A DNA stretch of 64,000 bases from Methanobrevibacter sp. GTDB taxonomy: Archaea > Methanobacteriota > Methanobacteria > Methanobacteriales > Methanobacteriaceae. Both the position numbers and the translations under genes were made by a program. The notes under the pieces are model-generated. The model saw only the letters and a list, made by a program, of their open reading frames with translations. It was not told the origin of the DNA and did no database searches. The stretch covers positions 4,236 through 68,235 of the forward strand of contig NZ_JAZUMY010000072.1 in the NCBI RefSeq assembly GCF_045603845.1, given 5' to 3'. Shown here one piece after another: positions 19,353 through 29,087 of this stretch; within the stretch, counting starts at the first letter, position 1; every line of letters starts with the position of its first letter.

Positions 19353-19411
19353 ATATTATCCTAATATTCATTAATTAATTTTTTTACTGAAAAAAAGAAA
19401 AAAGAAAAGAT

Positions 19412-19885
19412 TTAAGCTTTTCTTTGAATAGTGGCTATTGCGCTTTGGGCACCTGATTTTACATAACCGCTTTCATCATCAAGCAATTTTTCAAGTGCTG
19501 GAATAGCTTTTTCATCATTCAGGTTACCTAAAGCCCATGCAGCTGCTCCCCTAACTCTCCAGTCAGGATCATCCAATACCTCAATTAAAGGATCTACCGC
19601 AGCAGGACCCATACGGCTTAAAGATGTTGAAGCTTCTCTTCTGACTAACTTGTTGTTATCCCTTAAAGTTAAGATTAATGGTTTGATAGCCTTTTCATCA
19701 TTTAATGCGCCTAAAAGACTGGCTGCATGTAAACGAACGTTTTTCTTTCTGTGTGATAATGCAGAAATCAATGGATCAACTGCCTCTTCACCTTTTAATT
19801 CCAATGCGCCAATTGCATCTTCAACAATAAAATCATCTTTATCGTTTAACTTTTCAATTAATTCATCTATTTCAGACATTTTCAT
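19412..19885 (-). CDS. HEAT/PBS-lyase repeat protein
   Basis: Repeated VR..AA..LG.L.DEKAI..L...L.D units. Confidence 0.9.
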   Translation of the reverse strand: MKMSEIDELIEKLNDKDDFIVEDAIGALELKGEEAVDPLISALSHRKKNVRLHAASLLGALNDEKAIKPLILTLRDNNKLVRREASTSLSRMGPAAVDPLIEVLDDPDWRVRGAAAWALGNLNDEKAIPALEKLLDDESGYVKSGAQSAIATIQRKA

Positions 19886-19974
19886 CCCTCAAATATAACA
19901 ATTATTAAATAAATATATCTTTATAGTTATATGTATAAAAGTATTTTGATGATACACGAACAAAATGTGAAATA

Positions 19975-20973
19975 ATGTATGATATTGCAATAATAAGTGG
20001 GGACGGAATAGGAAACGAAGTGATGGAAGCCAGCGAATATCTATTGGATAAGCTGGATTTGAATTTCAATTTTAACTATGGTGAAGCGGGTTTTGATTGT
20101 TTCAATAAAAATGGTACGACATTGCCTGAAGAAACCGTTAAAATAGCCAAATCAAGTGACGCAACACTGTTTGGAGCGTCAACTTCAACGCCCGGACAGC
20201 CTAGTCCGATAATCAATTTAAGAAAGGAACTTGATGTATATGCAAATTTAAGGCCTATAAAGTCATACAAAGGAGTTAACTCCATTAAAGACAACATTGA
20301 CTTTATAATAGTGCGTGAAAATACCGAAGGACTCTATAGTCAGATTGAATATGGAGACAGCGAAAAGGTGATTGCAGAAAGAGTAATCACTAGAAAAGCC
20401 AGCGAGAAAATTTCTGAAATAGCCTTTAAATTAGCATCAAGAAGAAAAAAACAGAATAAGGTAACTTGCGTTCACAAAAGCAATGTGCTTAAGAAAACCG
20501 ATGGCGTTTTCAAAGAATCATTCTATAATGTTGCCAAAAACTATCCTCAAATCAATACTGAAGACTTTTATGTTGATGCAACTGCAATGTATCTGATTAC
20601 AAACCCTGAAAACTTTGATGTGATTGTTTCAACTAACCTGTTTGGAGACATACTCTCTGATGAAAGTGCAGGACTGGTTGGGGGATTAGGCCTTGCACCT
20701 TCAGGAAACATCGGAGATGAACATGGATTATTCGAACCGGTTCACGGATCAGCACCAGACATTGCAGGAAAAGGAATAGCCAATCCATGTTCCATGATAT
20801 TATCAACGGCAATGATGTTGGACTACATTGGCGAAAAGGAAATAGCCTTGAAAATAAATAATGCCGTTGAAAGCGTTGTTGCAAAAGGCAAAATATTGAC
20901 CCCTGATTTAGGAGGGAAAGCAAAAACCATGGAAATGGCTGAAGAGATAGTAAGTGAGGTAATTACATGTTAA
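19975..20973 (+). CDS. aksF: Homoisocitrate dehydrogenase AksF (isopropylmalate/isocitrate dehydrogenase family)
   Basis: GDGIGNEV, RENTEGLY, NLFGDILSD, EPVHGSAPDIAG; SPIINLRK resembles AksF more than LeuB (ADVIVKLR type); LeuB not excluded. Confidence 0.65.
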   Translation: MYDIAIISGDGIGNEVMEASEYLLDKLDLNFNFNYGEAGFDCFNKNGTTLPEETVKIAKSSDATLFGASTSTPGQPSPIINLRKELDVYANLRPIKSYKGVNSIKDNIDFIIVRENTEGLYSQIEYGDSEKVIAERVITRKASEKISEIAFKLASRRKKQNKVTCVHKSNVLKKTDGVFKESFYNVAKNYPQINTEDFYVDATAMYLITNPENFDVIVSTNLFGDILSDESAGLVGGLGLAPSGNIGDEHGLFEPVHGSAPDIAGKGIANPCSMILSTAMMLDYIGEKEIALKINNAVESVVAKGKILTPDLGGKAKTMEMAEEIVSEVITC

Positions 20974-22442
20974 ATATCACGACATTTCTAGATGCAAACT
21001 CAAAAAGATTAGATAAAGACGTATTATACAATCCCCGTACTGGAGAAAAATATACTTCAGGAGAAATTTTATCAATAGTTTCTGAAATCGGACGTCAGTT
21101 AAAGTCAAAATATGTTCATGAAGGAGATAGAGTCATTATTTATTTGAATAACTCATGCGAATACCTGTTTTCACTTTTTGCAATATGGAGAATTGGTGCA
21201 ATAGCCATTCCAACAAACAGAGTGTTTACCCATTCGGAGCTTGATTATATCATTCGTGACTCACAGGCAAAATTAGTAATTACCGATGAAAAAGCAACAG
21301 ATTCAATCGACATTCCGACATACATTCCAAGCAACATAGAAGAATATAAAGATTGTGAAGTCCTTGAAGCATTCAATACAGATTGGGATGATTTATGCCA
21401 GCTCCAGTATACTTCAGGCACAACAGGAAAGCCTAAAGGTGCAATGTTAACTCATGGAAATTATTTCACTGCAATACACAATGAATGTGACGTTTTGACA
21501 TTAAAACAGGACGATGTGTTTTTAGGAATTTATCCGATGGCACATGTCGGTCTTTCATGGGCCATAGCTGCATTAAGGGCGGCGGCGTACTATATTCTAA
21601 TTGAAGAATTTAATTTGGATGAATATTTGGAATTATGTGATAAAGAAAAAGTAACTGTATTGACTGGAATGCCACCGGTAATCCATTCACTTACAACAAT
21701 GAACAGGACAAAAGAATTATCCACAGTACGTGAAATCATAAGCGGAGGAGGACCACTCCACAGGAAAATATGGAAAGAATTCCATGAAACATATCAAATT
21801 CCTATAATTAATGCTTATGGGCTGTCTGAAAGTATCGTTATTGGAACTGGAACGGTAATCCGGCCTGAAGATTACCGTGAAGCGGACAGATTCGAAAGTG
21901 TAGGCCATCCGGTTTGTTTTTCAGAAGTTAAAATTGTAGATGAAATCGATCCGACAAAGACGATGGACAAATATGAACAGGGAGAAATTGCTTTAAGAGG
22001 TCCTGCCATTGCAAAAGGATATTGGAGAAGAGAAAAACAGACTATAGAGACATTTCTTGATGACGGTTGGTTTTTAACAGGAGATATTGGTTATTTGGAT
22101 GAAGATAACCGTTTATTCATTACTGACCGTAAAAAAGACATGATTGTAATGAGCGGATGGAAAATCTATCCAACAGAAGTCGAGGAAGTATTGATTAAAT
22201 ACCCGAAACTTAAAGAAATAGCTATTTTCAGTATTAATGATATCCATAGAGGAGAATTGCCTGTTGCAGCAGTAGTCTGGAAGGATAAGCCTGACCATGA
22301 AGGCCTAATTAAATTTGCCCGTGAAAATTTATCCCGTTATAAGGTTCCACGCGAAATTTATGACTTAGATGAACTTCCAAGAGTCAATGGCTGGAAATTA
22401 CTTAGAAGAGAACTGAGAGAAAAATTTAAAATTAGAAATTAA
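20967..22442 (+). CDS. Adenylate-forming (acyl-CoA synthetase, ANL superfamily) enzyme
   Basis: YTSGTTGKPKG, AYGLSE, TGDIG, DRKKDMI, LPRVNGWKLLR; overlaps the aksF stop. Confidence 0.9.
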   Translation: MLNITTFLDANSKRLDKDVLYNPRTGEKYTSGEILSIVSEIGRQLKSKYVHEGDRVIIYLNNSCEYLFSLFAIWRIGAIAIPTNRVFTHSELDYIIRDSQAKLVITDEKATDSIDIPTYIPSNIEEYKDCEVLEAFNTDWDDLCQLQYTSGTTGKPKGAMLTHGNYFTAIHNECDVLTLKQDDVFLGIYPMAHVGLSWAIAALRAAAYYILIEEFNLDEYLELCDKEKVTVLTGMPPVIHSLTTMNRTKELSTVREIISGGGPLHRKIWKEFHETYQIPIINAYGLSESIVIGTGTVIRPEDYREADRFESVGHPVCFSEVKIVDEIDPTKTMDKYEQGEIALRGPAIAKGYWRREKQTIETFLDDGWFLTGDIGYLDEDNRLFITDRKKDMIVMSGWKIYPTEVEEVLIKYPKLKEIAIFSINDIHRGELPVAAVVWKDKPDHEGLIKFARENLSRYKVPREIYDLDELPRVNGWKLLRRELREKFKIRN

Positions 22443-22728
22443 TCTAATTTTAAACTTATTTCTTGTTGTATTACACTTAGTATATATCATTTGATTTTCA
22501 ACAACAGTTTACTCAGTCATGACCTGAAGGAAAAAAATTATCCAAGTAAAATCCATAAAAAACTTATTTTTTAAGAGTTTAAAAAAGCAATACAACATTT
22601 AAATTAAAGATTTTATATAGATAAAGAAACCTTCAAACTAATATTGGATTTAAAAGTATATAAGTTAGATAGAAATTAATCGGGTAAAAATAAGATAAGA
22701 TGAGAAAATTGTTCTCACCGATAAAAAT

Positions 22729-23598
22729 TCACTCGAAAATCATGGTACCGATACCATTTGTAGTGAAGACTTCAAGCAAAAGAGCATGTTTTTTACGTCC
22801 ATCAATGATATGGCATGATTTTACACCGTTTTCAATAGCTTTTACACAGGTTTCGATTTTAGGAATCATTCCTCCGGAAATAATACCCTCTTCAATCAAA
22901 CCTGGAACTTCACTTATTCTGATTTTTTGAATTAATGAACCAGGGTCTGAAGGATCTCTTAAAACACCAGGAACATCAGTTAAAATAATCAATTTTTCAG
23001 CATTGACTGCACTTGCCACCTCACCAGCAGCGGTATCTGCATTCAAATTAAGGCTTGTTCCGTCTTTAGCAATACCTACTGGAGATATCACAGGAATATA
23101 ATCGTTTTCAACAAACAAGTCAAGCAAATCGGTGTTGATTTCATCCACTTCCCCAACCAGACCAAGGTCAACTTCTTCTTCAAAACCTTCAATCTTACGG
23201 GCTCCTTTTTTATGAGCAAAAATCAGACTGGAATCTTTACCGGATAAACTGATTGCTTCACCATCATGTTTAATTAATTCTGAAACGATTTCTGTACTTA
23301 TTTTACCAACAAGAACCATTTCAATAATTTCCATCGTCTCTTCATCAGTAACCCTTAAACCCTGAATGAATTCCGGCTCTTTTCCTAATTTATCCATTGA
23401 ACGTGAAATTTCCGGACCTCCACCATGTACAATAAGAGGTTTCATTCCAACATATTTGAGTAATACAGTATCACGAGCGGTAGATGACATTGCTTCATCA
23501 TCAATCATTGCATGTCCGCCATATTTAATTAAAATTTTCTTATTATGAAACTTTTTAATATAAGGCAAAGCTTCAATTAAAACATCAATATCTTTCAT
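22729..23598 (-). CDS. argB: Acetylglutamate kinase
   Basis: [41 protein letters not shown]. Confidence 0.96.
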   Translation of the reverse strand: MKDIDVLIEALPYIKKFHNKKILIKYGGHAMIDDEAMSSTARDTVLLKYVGMKPLIVHGGGPEISRSMDKLGKEPEFIQGLRVTDEETMEIIEMVLVGKISTEIVSELIKHDGEAISLSGKDSSLIFAHKKGARKIEGFEEEVDLGLVGEVDEINTDLLDLFVENDYIPVISPVGIAKDGTSLNLNADTAAGEVASAVNAEKLIILTDVPGVLRDPSDPGSLIQKIRISEVPGLIEEGIISGGMIPKIETCVKAIENGVKSCHIIDGRKKHALLLEVFTTNGIGTMIFE

Positions 23599-23671
23599 TA
23601 TATCACTACATTAAATATTTAACTTAATTGTTTATAAGCATTTACCCAATTTTAAGTCAAATGGCATTTCA

Positions 23672-24385
23672 TTGATAAGTTTATATAATTTCTTAAATAT
23701 AACAGAATATATGTCCCAGATGAATAATCTTAAAGCATACCTTAGAAAATTAGGGATAAGCAAAGTGGGATTTGCAGATGTTAACGGTCTTGCAAGTGAA
23801 TTTATAGATTTGCCCAATGGAATCAGTCTAGTTTTAAAACTTCCAAAAGAGGCAATGCACTTTTTAAACGAAGAAGATTATGAATCCTACTGGAAGTGCT
23901 TTCACAGCCAAATAAATAAATTGACCGAAATATCCCTCAAAGGTGAAGAATATATCAAAAATCTCGGTTATGATGCATTCGCATTGACAATGACCCGTAA
24001 TGAATGTGACATGAAAAAATTACTTAGCATTTTACCTTATAAGACAATAGCTACAAAATCAGGGCTTGGATGGATAGGGCGCTCCGCACTGTTTGTCACA
24101 CCGGAATATGGTTCAGCAGTGGCGCTTGGAGGAATTTTAACTGACATGCCCATGGAATTTGGCAAACCCATCACTGATTCGCAGTGCGATGACTGTACGA
24201 ATTGTCAGGACGCATGTCCAGTAAATGCCATAAATCCTCAAAAATGGAATGACAGATTAAACAGAGAGGACATTATTGACATTGAAACCTGTAAAGACTA
24301 CATTATTGAACAGTACAAAGCTGGTCTCGGCTGCACTAAATGCATGAGCGAATGTAAACTCACTCAGGAATACCTAAAAAAATAA
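23672..24385 (+). CDS. QueG/reductive-dehalogenase-like 4Fe-4S protein (start may be a downstream ATG)
   Basis: YKTIATKSGLGWIGRSALFVTPEYGS, LTD, CDDCTNCQDACP, GCTKCMSEC. Confidence 0.75.
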   Translation: MISLYNFLNITEYMSQMNNLKAYLRKLGISKVGFADVNGLASEFIDLPNGISLVLKLPKEAMHFLNEEDYESYWKCFHSQINKLTEISLKGEEYIKNLGYDAFALTMTRNECDMKKLLSILPYKTIATKSGLGWIGRSALFVTPEYGSAVALGGILTDMPMEFGKPITDSQCDDCTNCQDACPVNAINPQKWNDRLNREDIIDIETCKDYIIEQYKAGLGCTKCMSECKLTQEYLKK

Positions 24386-24403
24386 GTGAGGAGTTGAAAA
24401 CTC

Positions 24404-24652
24404 CTATAATCCACATTTGAATTTGAATCTGTACTCTTGATTAACAATTTCCATTCCTTCAAATTTACCTTTCAATATATCTGCGACTTTTTGCAAGTCT
24501 TCAGCAGTTATTTCACTACCGTTACCAATAGGAGAGAAAAAGGTAATTTCATCATCAGTGATAAGGTAGTTCAAAAGTTTTGTATTTTCTTTTTGATATT
24601 TTTCAACAATTGCTAAAATTTCTTCTTCTATAGCTTTGTCAAGGTTTGCCAT
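24404..24652 (-). CDS. Hypothetical protein
   Basis: 82-aa ORF with AGGTGA SD and normal composition. Confidence 0.7.
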   Translation of the reverse strand: MANLDKAIEEEILAIVEKYQKENTKLLNYLITDDEITFFSPIGNGSEITAEDLQKVADILKGKFEGMEIVNQEYRFKFKCGL

Positions 24653-24689
24653 AATATCACCTTTAATGATTAATTAATCAAGGAAGTAT

Positions 24690-25295
24690 TTAAATCTTTT
24701 TTGTAACCAAAAAGGAACCTGTTGCAAAAGACCAGATTATCAGAGTATATACAGACAATCTTTCAAGAACGGGCATGTAAATGCTTTGCATATTGAAAAA
24801 CATTATCCAAAAAGCGATTAGACCAATCAAACCTAAGATTAACGTAATTTTTTGGTAATTTTCAAATTTCTTCATCGATTGGGAAATCAGAACAAGCAAA
24901 ATATTACCGCCCAAAATAGCCATTACCGCACCCAAAGTATGGTAACCTGAAGTTAATGGATTTCCTCCATGAATCAGTGCGACAATTATGACTCCTATTG
25001 ACGTTATTAATGTAAATATGTAAAAAAGAGTTCTATTTTTAATAATATAATCCTTAAATCTATAAAAATTTCCAAATATCAATGTCAGTCCTATTATTAT
25101 AAAAGCTGAGTTCATAACCCAGAATAATGGTGAATTGACATCTGGAATACCCAGTTCTGATATTGTATGAAAAACATAAGTGTTAACTAATGAAGCATTG
25201 AAAAAAGTTGCAGAAATGGCTTCAGCCATCAGATAATATAAACTACCAATAATGAAAACGATTCCGGCAACTTTAGCTTTCAAATTAAACACCAA
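24690..25295 (-). CDS. Membrane protein (DUF998-like)
   Basis: About 5 TM helices; TISELG, HTLGA and ERLSVY motifs; start overlaps the upstream stop. Confidence 0.7.
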   Translation of the reverse strand: MVFNLKAKVAGIVFIIGSLYYLMAEAISATFFNASLVNTYVFHTISELGIPDVNSPLFWVMNSAFIIIGLTLIFGNFYRFKDYIIKNRTLFYIFTLITSIGVIIVALIHGGNPLTSGYHTLGAVMAILGGNILLVLISQSMKKFENYQKITLILGLIGLIAFWIMFFNMQSIYMPVLERLSVYTLIIWSFATGSFLVTKKI

Positions 25296-26163
25296 ACTTT
25301 TTATTGAAGTATTTTTCCCTTACGTCGAAGTTCAATTCTTCAACATCTGCACCTGAAATGGCTTTTTGCAATATTTTATAGCAAGTCTTTTTAGGCACAG
25401 TAATATTGGTTACATGAGATTTTGCCCATATTCTATCAAATCTTTTCTTTAAGCTTCCAAAGTTTAATTTTTCAACAACATTTTTCAAATTCATCACATT
25501 GGCGGCATTAACAACATCATATGAAGCATAAGTTTGAGGATCCATGATAATCGGGTTTAATCCCAAAATGAATCTTTGCAAATCATAATCCAGGAATGAT
25601 TCATAATCTCCGTCATATGCGTAAACATGTGCTTTTGCAGATAATGCATCAATAAATACCAGAAAGAGGTTAGCCATTAATGCTCTTGAAATAATCTGAT
25701 CGCAGAAATTTAAAGCGGTAGTCACATTATCTTCAGTTGATGAAGCAACATAAGTTTCATAATCTTCAAATCTGAATGCTACAAGTGCAAACATGTATAA
25801 ATCTATCCATTCATTTTCTTTAATGAATTCTTTTGCCTTATCAGTCAATTCATAATCATCTGATGAATCTCCACCCAATACAGGCAATACCCTTTCAATC
25901 AGTTCCTGTTTTTTTCCGGAAACTTTTAGACCATTTTCCTTTAAAATTTCTTTTAATTGAGCAACAGTATATTGTTTAGATATGGATTCCGGAGTTGCAA
26001 TATTTCCGTTTCCTTCGAGATAACCGTTTTCAACCAAATAATTAACACAATCATCTCCTGAAGGAAAAGTACCGAAATTCCCCTCGTTTAATATTTCATC
26101 AAGCCCATAACCACTATTTAAAAAATTCAAAACATTAAAAATTTCTAATTTTTGTTCACTCAC
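25285..26163 (-). CDS. SAP-domain protein
   Basis: YTVAQLKEILKENGLKVSGKKQELIERV is a canonical SAP motif; GTG start. Confidence 0.8.
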   Translation of the reverse strand: MSEQKLEIFNVLNFLNSGYGLDEILNEGNFGTFPSGDDCVNYLVENGYLEGNGNIATPESISKQYTVAQLKEILKENGLKVSGKKQELIERVLPVLGGDSSDDYELTDKAKEFIKENEWIDLYMFALVAFRFEDYETYVASSTEDNVTTALNFCDQIISRALMANLFLVFIDALSAKAHVYAYDGDYESFLDYDLQRFILGLNPIIMDPQTYASYDVVNAANVMNLKNVVEKLNFGSLKKRFDRIWAKSHVTNITVPKKTCYKILQKAISGADVEELNFDVREKYFNKKFGV

Positions 26164-26455
26164 TTAAACACCTTTTTACCTTTAAGTAATATTATTAATA
26201 TTTATCCGTTAGTTAATTTAATACTTTTCTTCCTATTATTCTATTATAATAATTGTATATGGCAACATTCACATTTCACCACCATCGTTTTTTATGAGAT
26301 TGCGAAAAATTACCCCATCATTATAATATTGCTTTGAGCTTGTTTTATTGTATAAAGAGGTTATATTGTAGCGATTTATATCATACTAATTTATAAAGCC
26401 CAAAATACAATATTACTATTTACCAAAAAAAAGAATTTGGAAAAGGTGATAAATA

Positions 26456-26998
26456 ATGCATAAAAAAAATTATGATGAAACGGCCCTAACATTGATTGAA
26501 AACATTTTCAATGACAATAGAAATATTGTGGGTCTGGCTGAAGAAAAAATACAAAAGATAGCTGAAAAACACAAGAGAACTGCGGACATATACATAACAG
26601 AAGATGATGAATTGATATCCTATGAAATTATCATGGAAGATATTGATAATGAAGAACTTCAAAGAATAAAGGAATATGGTGAAGAATTATATGAAATGAA
26701 TGGAAAACTAATATGCATTTACCTTTTAGGTTCCCCACACATCAAAATAAAGGCAAAAAAACATATCGAAAGCGACAGCCCATTATTAATTAACATATCC
26801 CTTATGCCGCAATCCGATGCATATGACATTTTAAGGCATCTTCAGGACATGGTTAAAAAAAATAAGAAGTTAAATAAAGAAGATCTGTTTGCACTGAAAA
26901 TGATTCCCCAAATGGGACCGAAAGAAGATAAAAGACAACTTAGAATTGCATGTTTAACATTGTGGAAAGAAGTCAACGAAAAAGGACTGATAAAATGA
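26456..26998 (+). CDS. PD-(D/E)xK/Rpn-like paralog 1 (ExQ motif degenerate)
   Basis: ADIYITEDDELISYEII; C-terminus similar to 28554..29087 (MIPQMGPKEDKRQLRIACL). Confidence 0.55.
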   Translation: MHKKNYDETALTLIENIFNDNRNIVGLAEEKIQKIAEKHKRTADIYITEDDELISYEIIMEDIDNEELQRIKEYGEELYEMNGKLICIYLLGSPHIKIKAKKHIESDSPLLINISLMPQSDAYDILRHLQDMVKKNKKLNKEDLFALKMIPQMGPKEDKRQLRIACLTLWKEVNEKGLIK

Positions 26999-27381
26999 AC
27001 CAAGACGAATTAACATTAATAAGAAAAGCATTTTACGATGAACGTAGAATAATAGAAGAATTACCTGATGACCAAAGAAGAGTAGATGAAGGCATTTATC
27101 AGGGCGGATCTGTTTATAGAACCGAAGATGATGAATTGATAGATTTGGAAATCCAAACAAGAGATTATGATATTGAAGACCACGTTAACTATATGGAATT
27201 TGCGGAACAGCTATATGAAAGACATAAAAAGAAAGTGAATGTTTATGTATACTGTGTTCCATCAGTAAAAGTCAACGTAAAGCTATATGAAATGTTATCT
27301 GATGCAGATTTTAAAATAAGAATTGCACAGTATAAAAATAATTCTTTCATAGACAAAATGAAATTTAAAATAAGGGGATGA
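26995..27381 (+). CDS. PD-(D/E)xK/Rpn-like paralog 2, short (no C-terminal helical domain)
   Basis: ATG overlaps the upstream TGA (ATGA); GGSVYRTEDDELIDLEIQ...YMEFAEQLYE. Confidence 0.55.
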   Translation: MNQDELTLIRKAFYDERRIIEELPDDQRRVDEGIYQGGSVYRTEDDELIDLEIQTRDYDIEDHVNYMEFAEQLYERHKKKVNVYVYCVPSVKVNVKLYEMLSDADFKIRIAQYKNNSFIDKMKFKIRG

Positions 27382-27391
27382 TTTCCCCTTA
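27371..27391 (+). terminator. Stem-loop at the end of the paralog pair
   Basis: TAAGGGGA-tgatt-TCCCCTTA, perfect 8-bp stem overlapping the stop codon. Confidence 0.5.
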
Positions 27392-27675
27392 AAAATTTTG
27401 TTGGAATGGGGATGATTGCTTAATGTCGTGTTTATAAATACAAATAAAGGAAAGATATACAATTGAAACCGAAAAACCATTTCCAACAATTTCGTGTTTT
27501 TCCAAGAGTGTTAAATAAGTTATAAGTGATTAAAAATGTTAAACAATATATTTTTCGTGTTAGCCCAAAAAGGTGTAATATGAACAAAAAAACTACTTTT
27601 CAGCCTCACCCCCATTTTCACGATGTTGCTTTAAACACACTATAAACACATCGCGTAATAGTATATTGTGTTTAA

Positions 27676-28380
27676 ATGGTATATAAATCTTTCGATACAA
27701 CAAGTTATATATCTCTTGATAACAAAATGAATATTATGTTTTGTCAAAATTGTGGAACTGAACTTGCCGATGATGCAAAATTTTGCAGCAAATGCAGTAT
27801 TCAGACAAATACACACCATACACTTAAAAAAGAAAAAAATATGTACCTTGCACTGTTTTTATCATTCATTTTTACAGGTTTAGGCATAATTTATGCGGGA
27901 AATATCAAAAAAGGATTAATCTTAATGGCTTTAAGAATAATAACTGCTTTTATTGGAGGATTCATTTCGATTTTTTCAATAATATCCGTAATAATATGGA
28001 TTTATGGTGTTTACGAGACATACAATGAGGTTAAGATTGCAAATGGTGAGGACAATCCCGACATAATCAAAGACTACAAAAACTGGAACAGCTTCAACAA
28101 AATAATAGCAATACTTTTAATATGCCTAATTTTAATGGTTTCAATTTCCGGAATTATTACTACATTAACACCCAATTACACCAGCTATGACAATTCTCCA
28201 ACATATCATTCATCAAGCAGTAGCAGCGGAGGATATTCATCATCTTCAGGCCACTACGGCGGCGTAGACACTTCTCCTTCAACAATAGCCCGTAATGATC
28301 CGAGTTCATATTACGACTACTATGAAGTGGGAGACAATGATGAAATCGATGAATACCTTGAATCTCAGGGATTTGACTGA
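27676..28380 (+). CDS. Zinc-ribbon / TM2-like membrane protein with Ser/Tyr-rich tail (likely start 27736)
   Basis: MFCQNCG...FCSKC; LALFLSFIFTGLGIIYAG TM2-like; SSSSSSGGYSSSSG low complexity. Confidence 0.7.
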   Translation: MVYKSFDTTSYISLDNKMNIMFCQNCGTELADDAKFCSKCSIQTNTHHTLKKEKNMYLALFLSFIFTGLGIIYAGNIKKGLILMALRIITAFIGGFISIFSIISVIIWIYGVYETYNEVKIANGEDNPDIIKDYKNWNSFNKIIAILLICLILMVSISGIITTLTPNYTSYDNSPTYHSSSSSSGGYSSSSGHYGGVDTSPSTIARNDPSSYYDYYEVGDNDEIDEYLESQGFD

Positions 28381-28553
28381 CGAACACTGAAAACCATCAC
28401 CGGCAACAATAATCATCACCCCCGTTAAAATTATATTCTCTTTTAAAAATTAATATAACGAAGTAAAATTGCTTTAAAAATAAACTGACGAATTTATAAT
28501 CTATTAAATATAATATAAATAATTGTAATTAATTTTTGAGAGGTTTGAATAAA

Positions 28554-29087
28554 ATGAATGAGAATTTAGATTGTGAAGAAATTAGAATAATAAAAGAAGT
28601 ATTTGATGAAACTAGAGAAATAACAGGTTATGCAAGTCCCGAAATGACTGAAGTAAATGAGGACTGTTACAAGGGAGGCGACATATTTATAACAGAGGGA
28701 GGTGAATTAATTGATTTGGAATGTCAGATGAAGGATTTTGATGAAGTAGAACTTGCAAATTATGTAGAACTTGCAGAAAATCTTTATGAGAAAAATAAAG
28801 TTCCAATATCCATATACATACTCTGTCCAAATACAATCCAAGTGACAGCTCCGGAATGCACCATTAAATCAGAAGCCATATTTAATATTAAATTGGCCTG
28901 TTATAACTCAAATCCCGTATATGATGCATTATATCATATCAAAGATAAGGTAAATAGAAATATGAAGCTCAATGATGAAGATATGGAAGTTCTTATTAGA
29001 ATTCCTGTTATGGGTCCTAAAAAAGATAGGAAGAATTTGAGAATAGAATGTTTTAGAATCCTTAAAAAAAGTCTGGAAACGCGTTAA
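28554..29087 (+). CDS. PD-(D/E)xK/Rpn-like paralog 3 (D...ExQ intact)
   Basis: GGDIFITEGGELIDLECQ...YVELAENLYEK; SD GAGAGGT before ATG 28554. Confidence 0.6.
   Translation: MNENLDCEEIRIIKEVFDETREITGYASPEMTEVNEDCYKGGDIFITEGGELIDLECQMKDFDEVELANYVELAENLYEKNKVPISIYILCPNTIQVTAPECTIKSEAIFNIKLACYNSNPVYDALYHIKDKVNRNMKLNDEDMEVLIRIPVMGPKKDRKNLRIECFRILKKSLETR

Noticed and set aside
23672-24385. True epoxyqueuosine reductase QueG
   Set aside because: Queuosine is not an established archaeal modification; only the fold is supported
27392-27675. Slightly GC-richer non-coding gap as an IS or ncRNA
   Set aside because: No terminal inverted repeats, transposase fragment or convincing long stem found by eye
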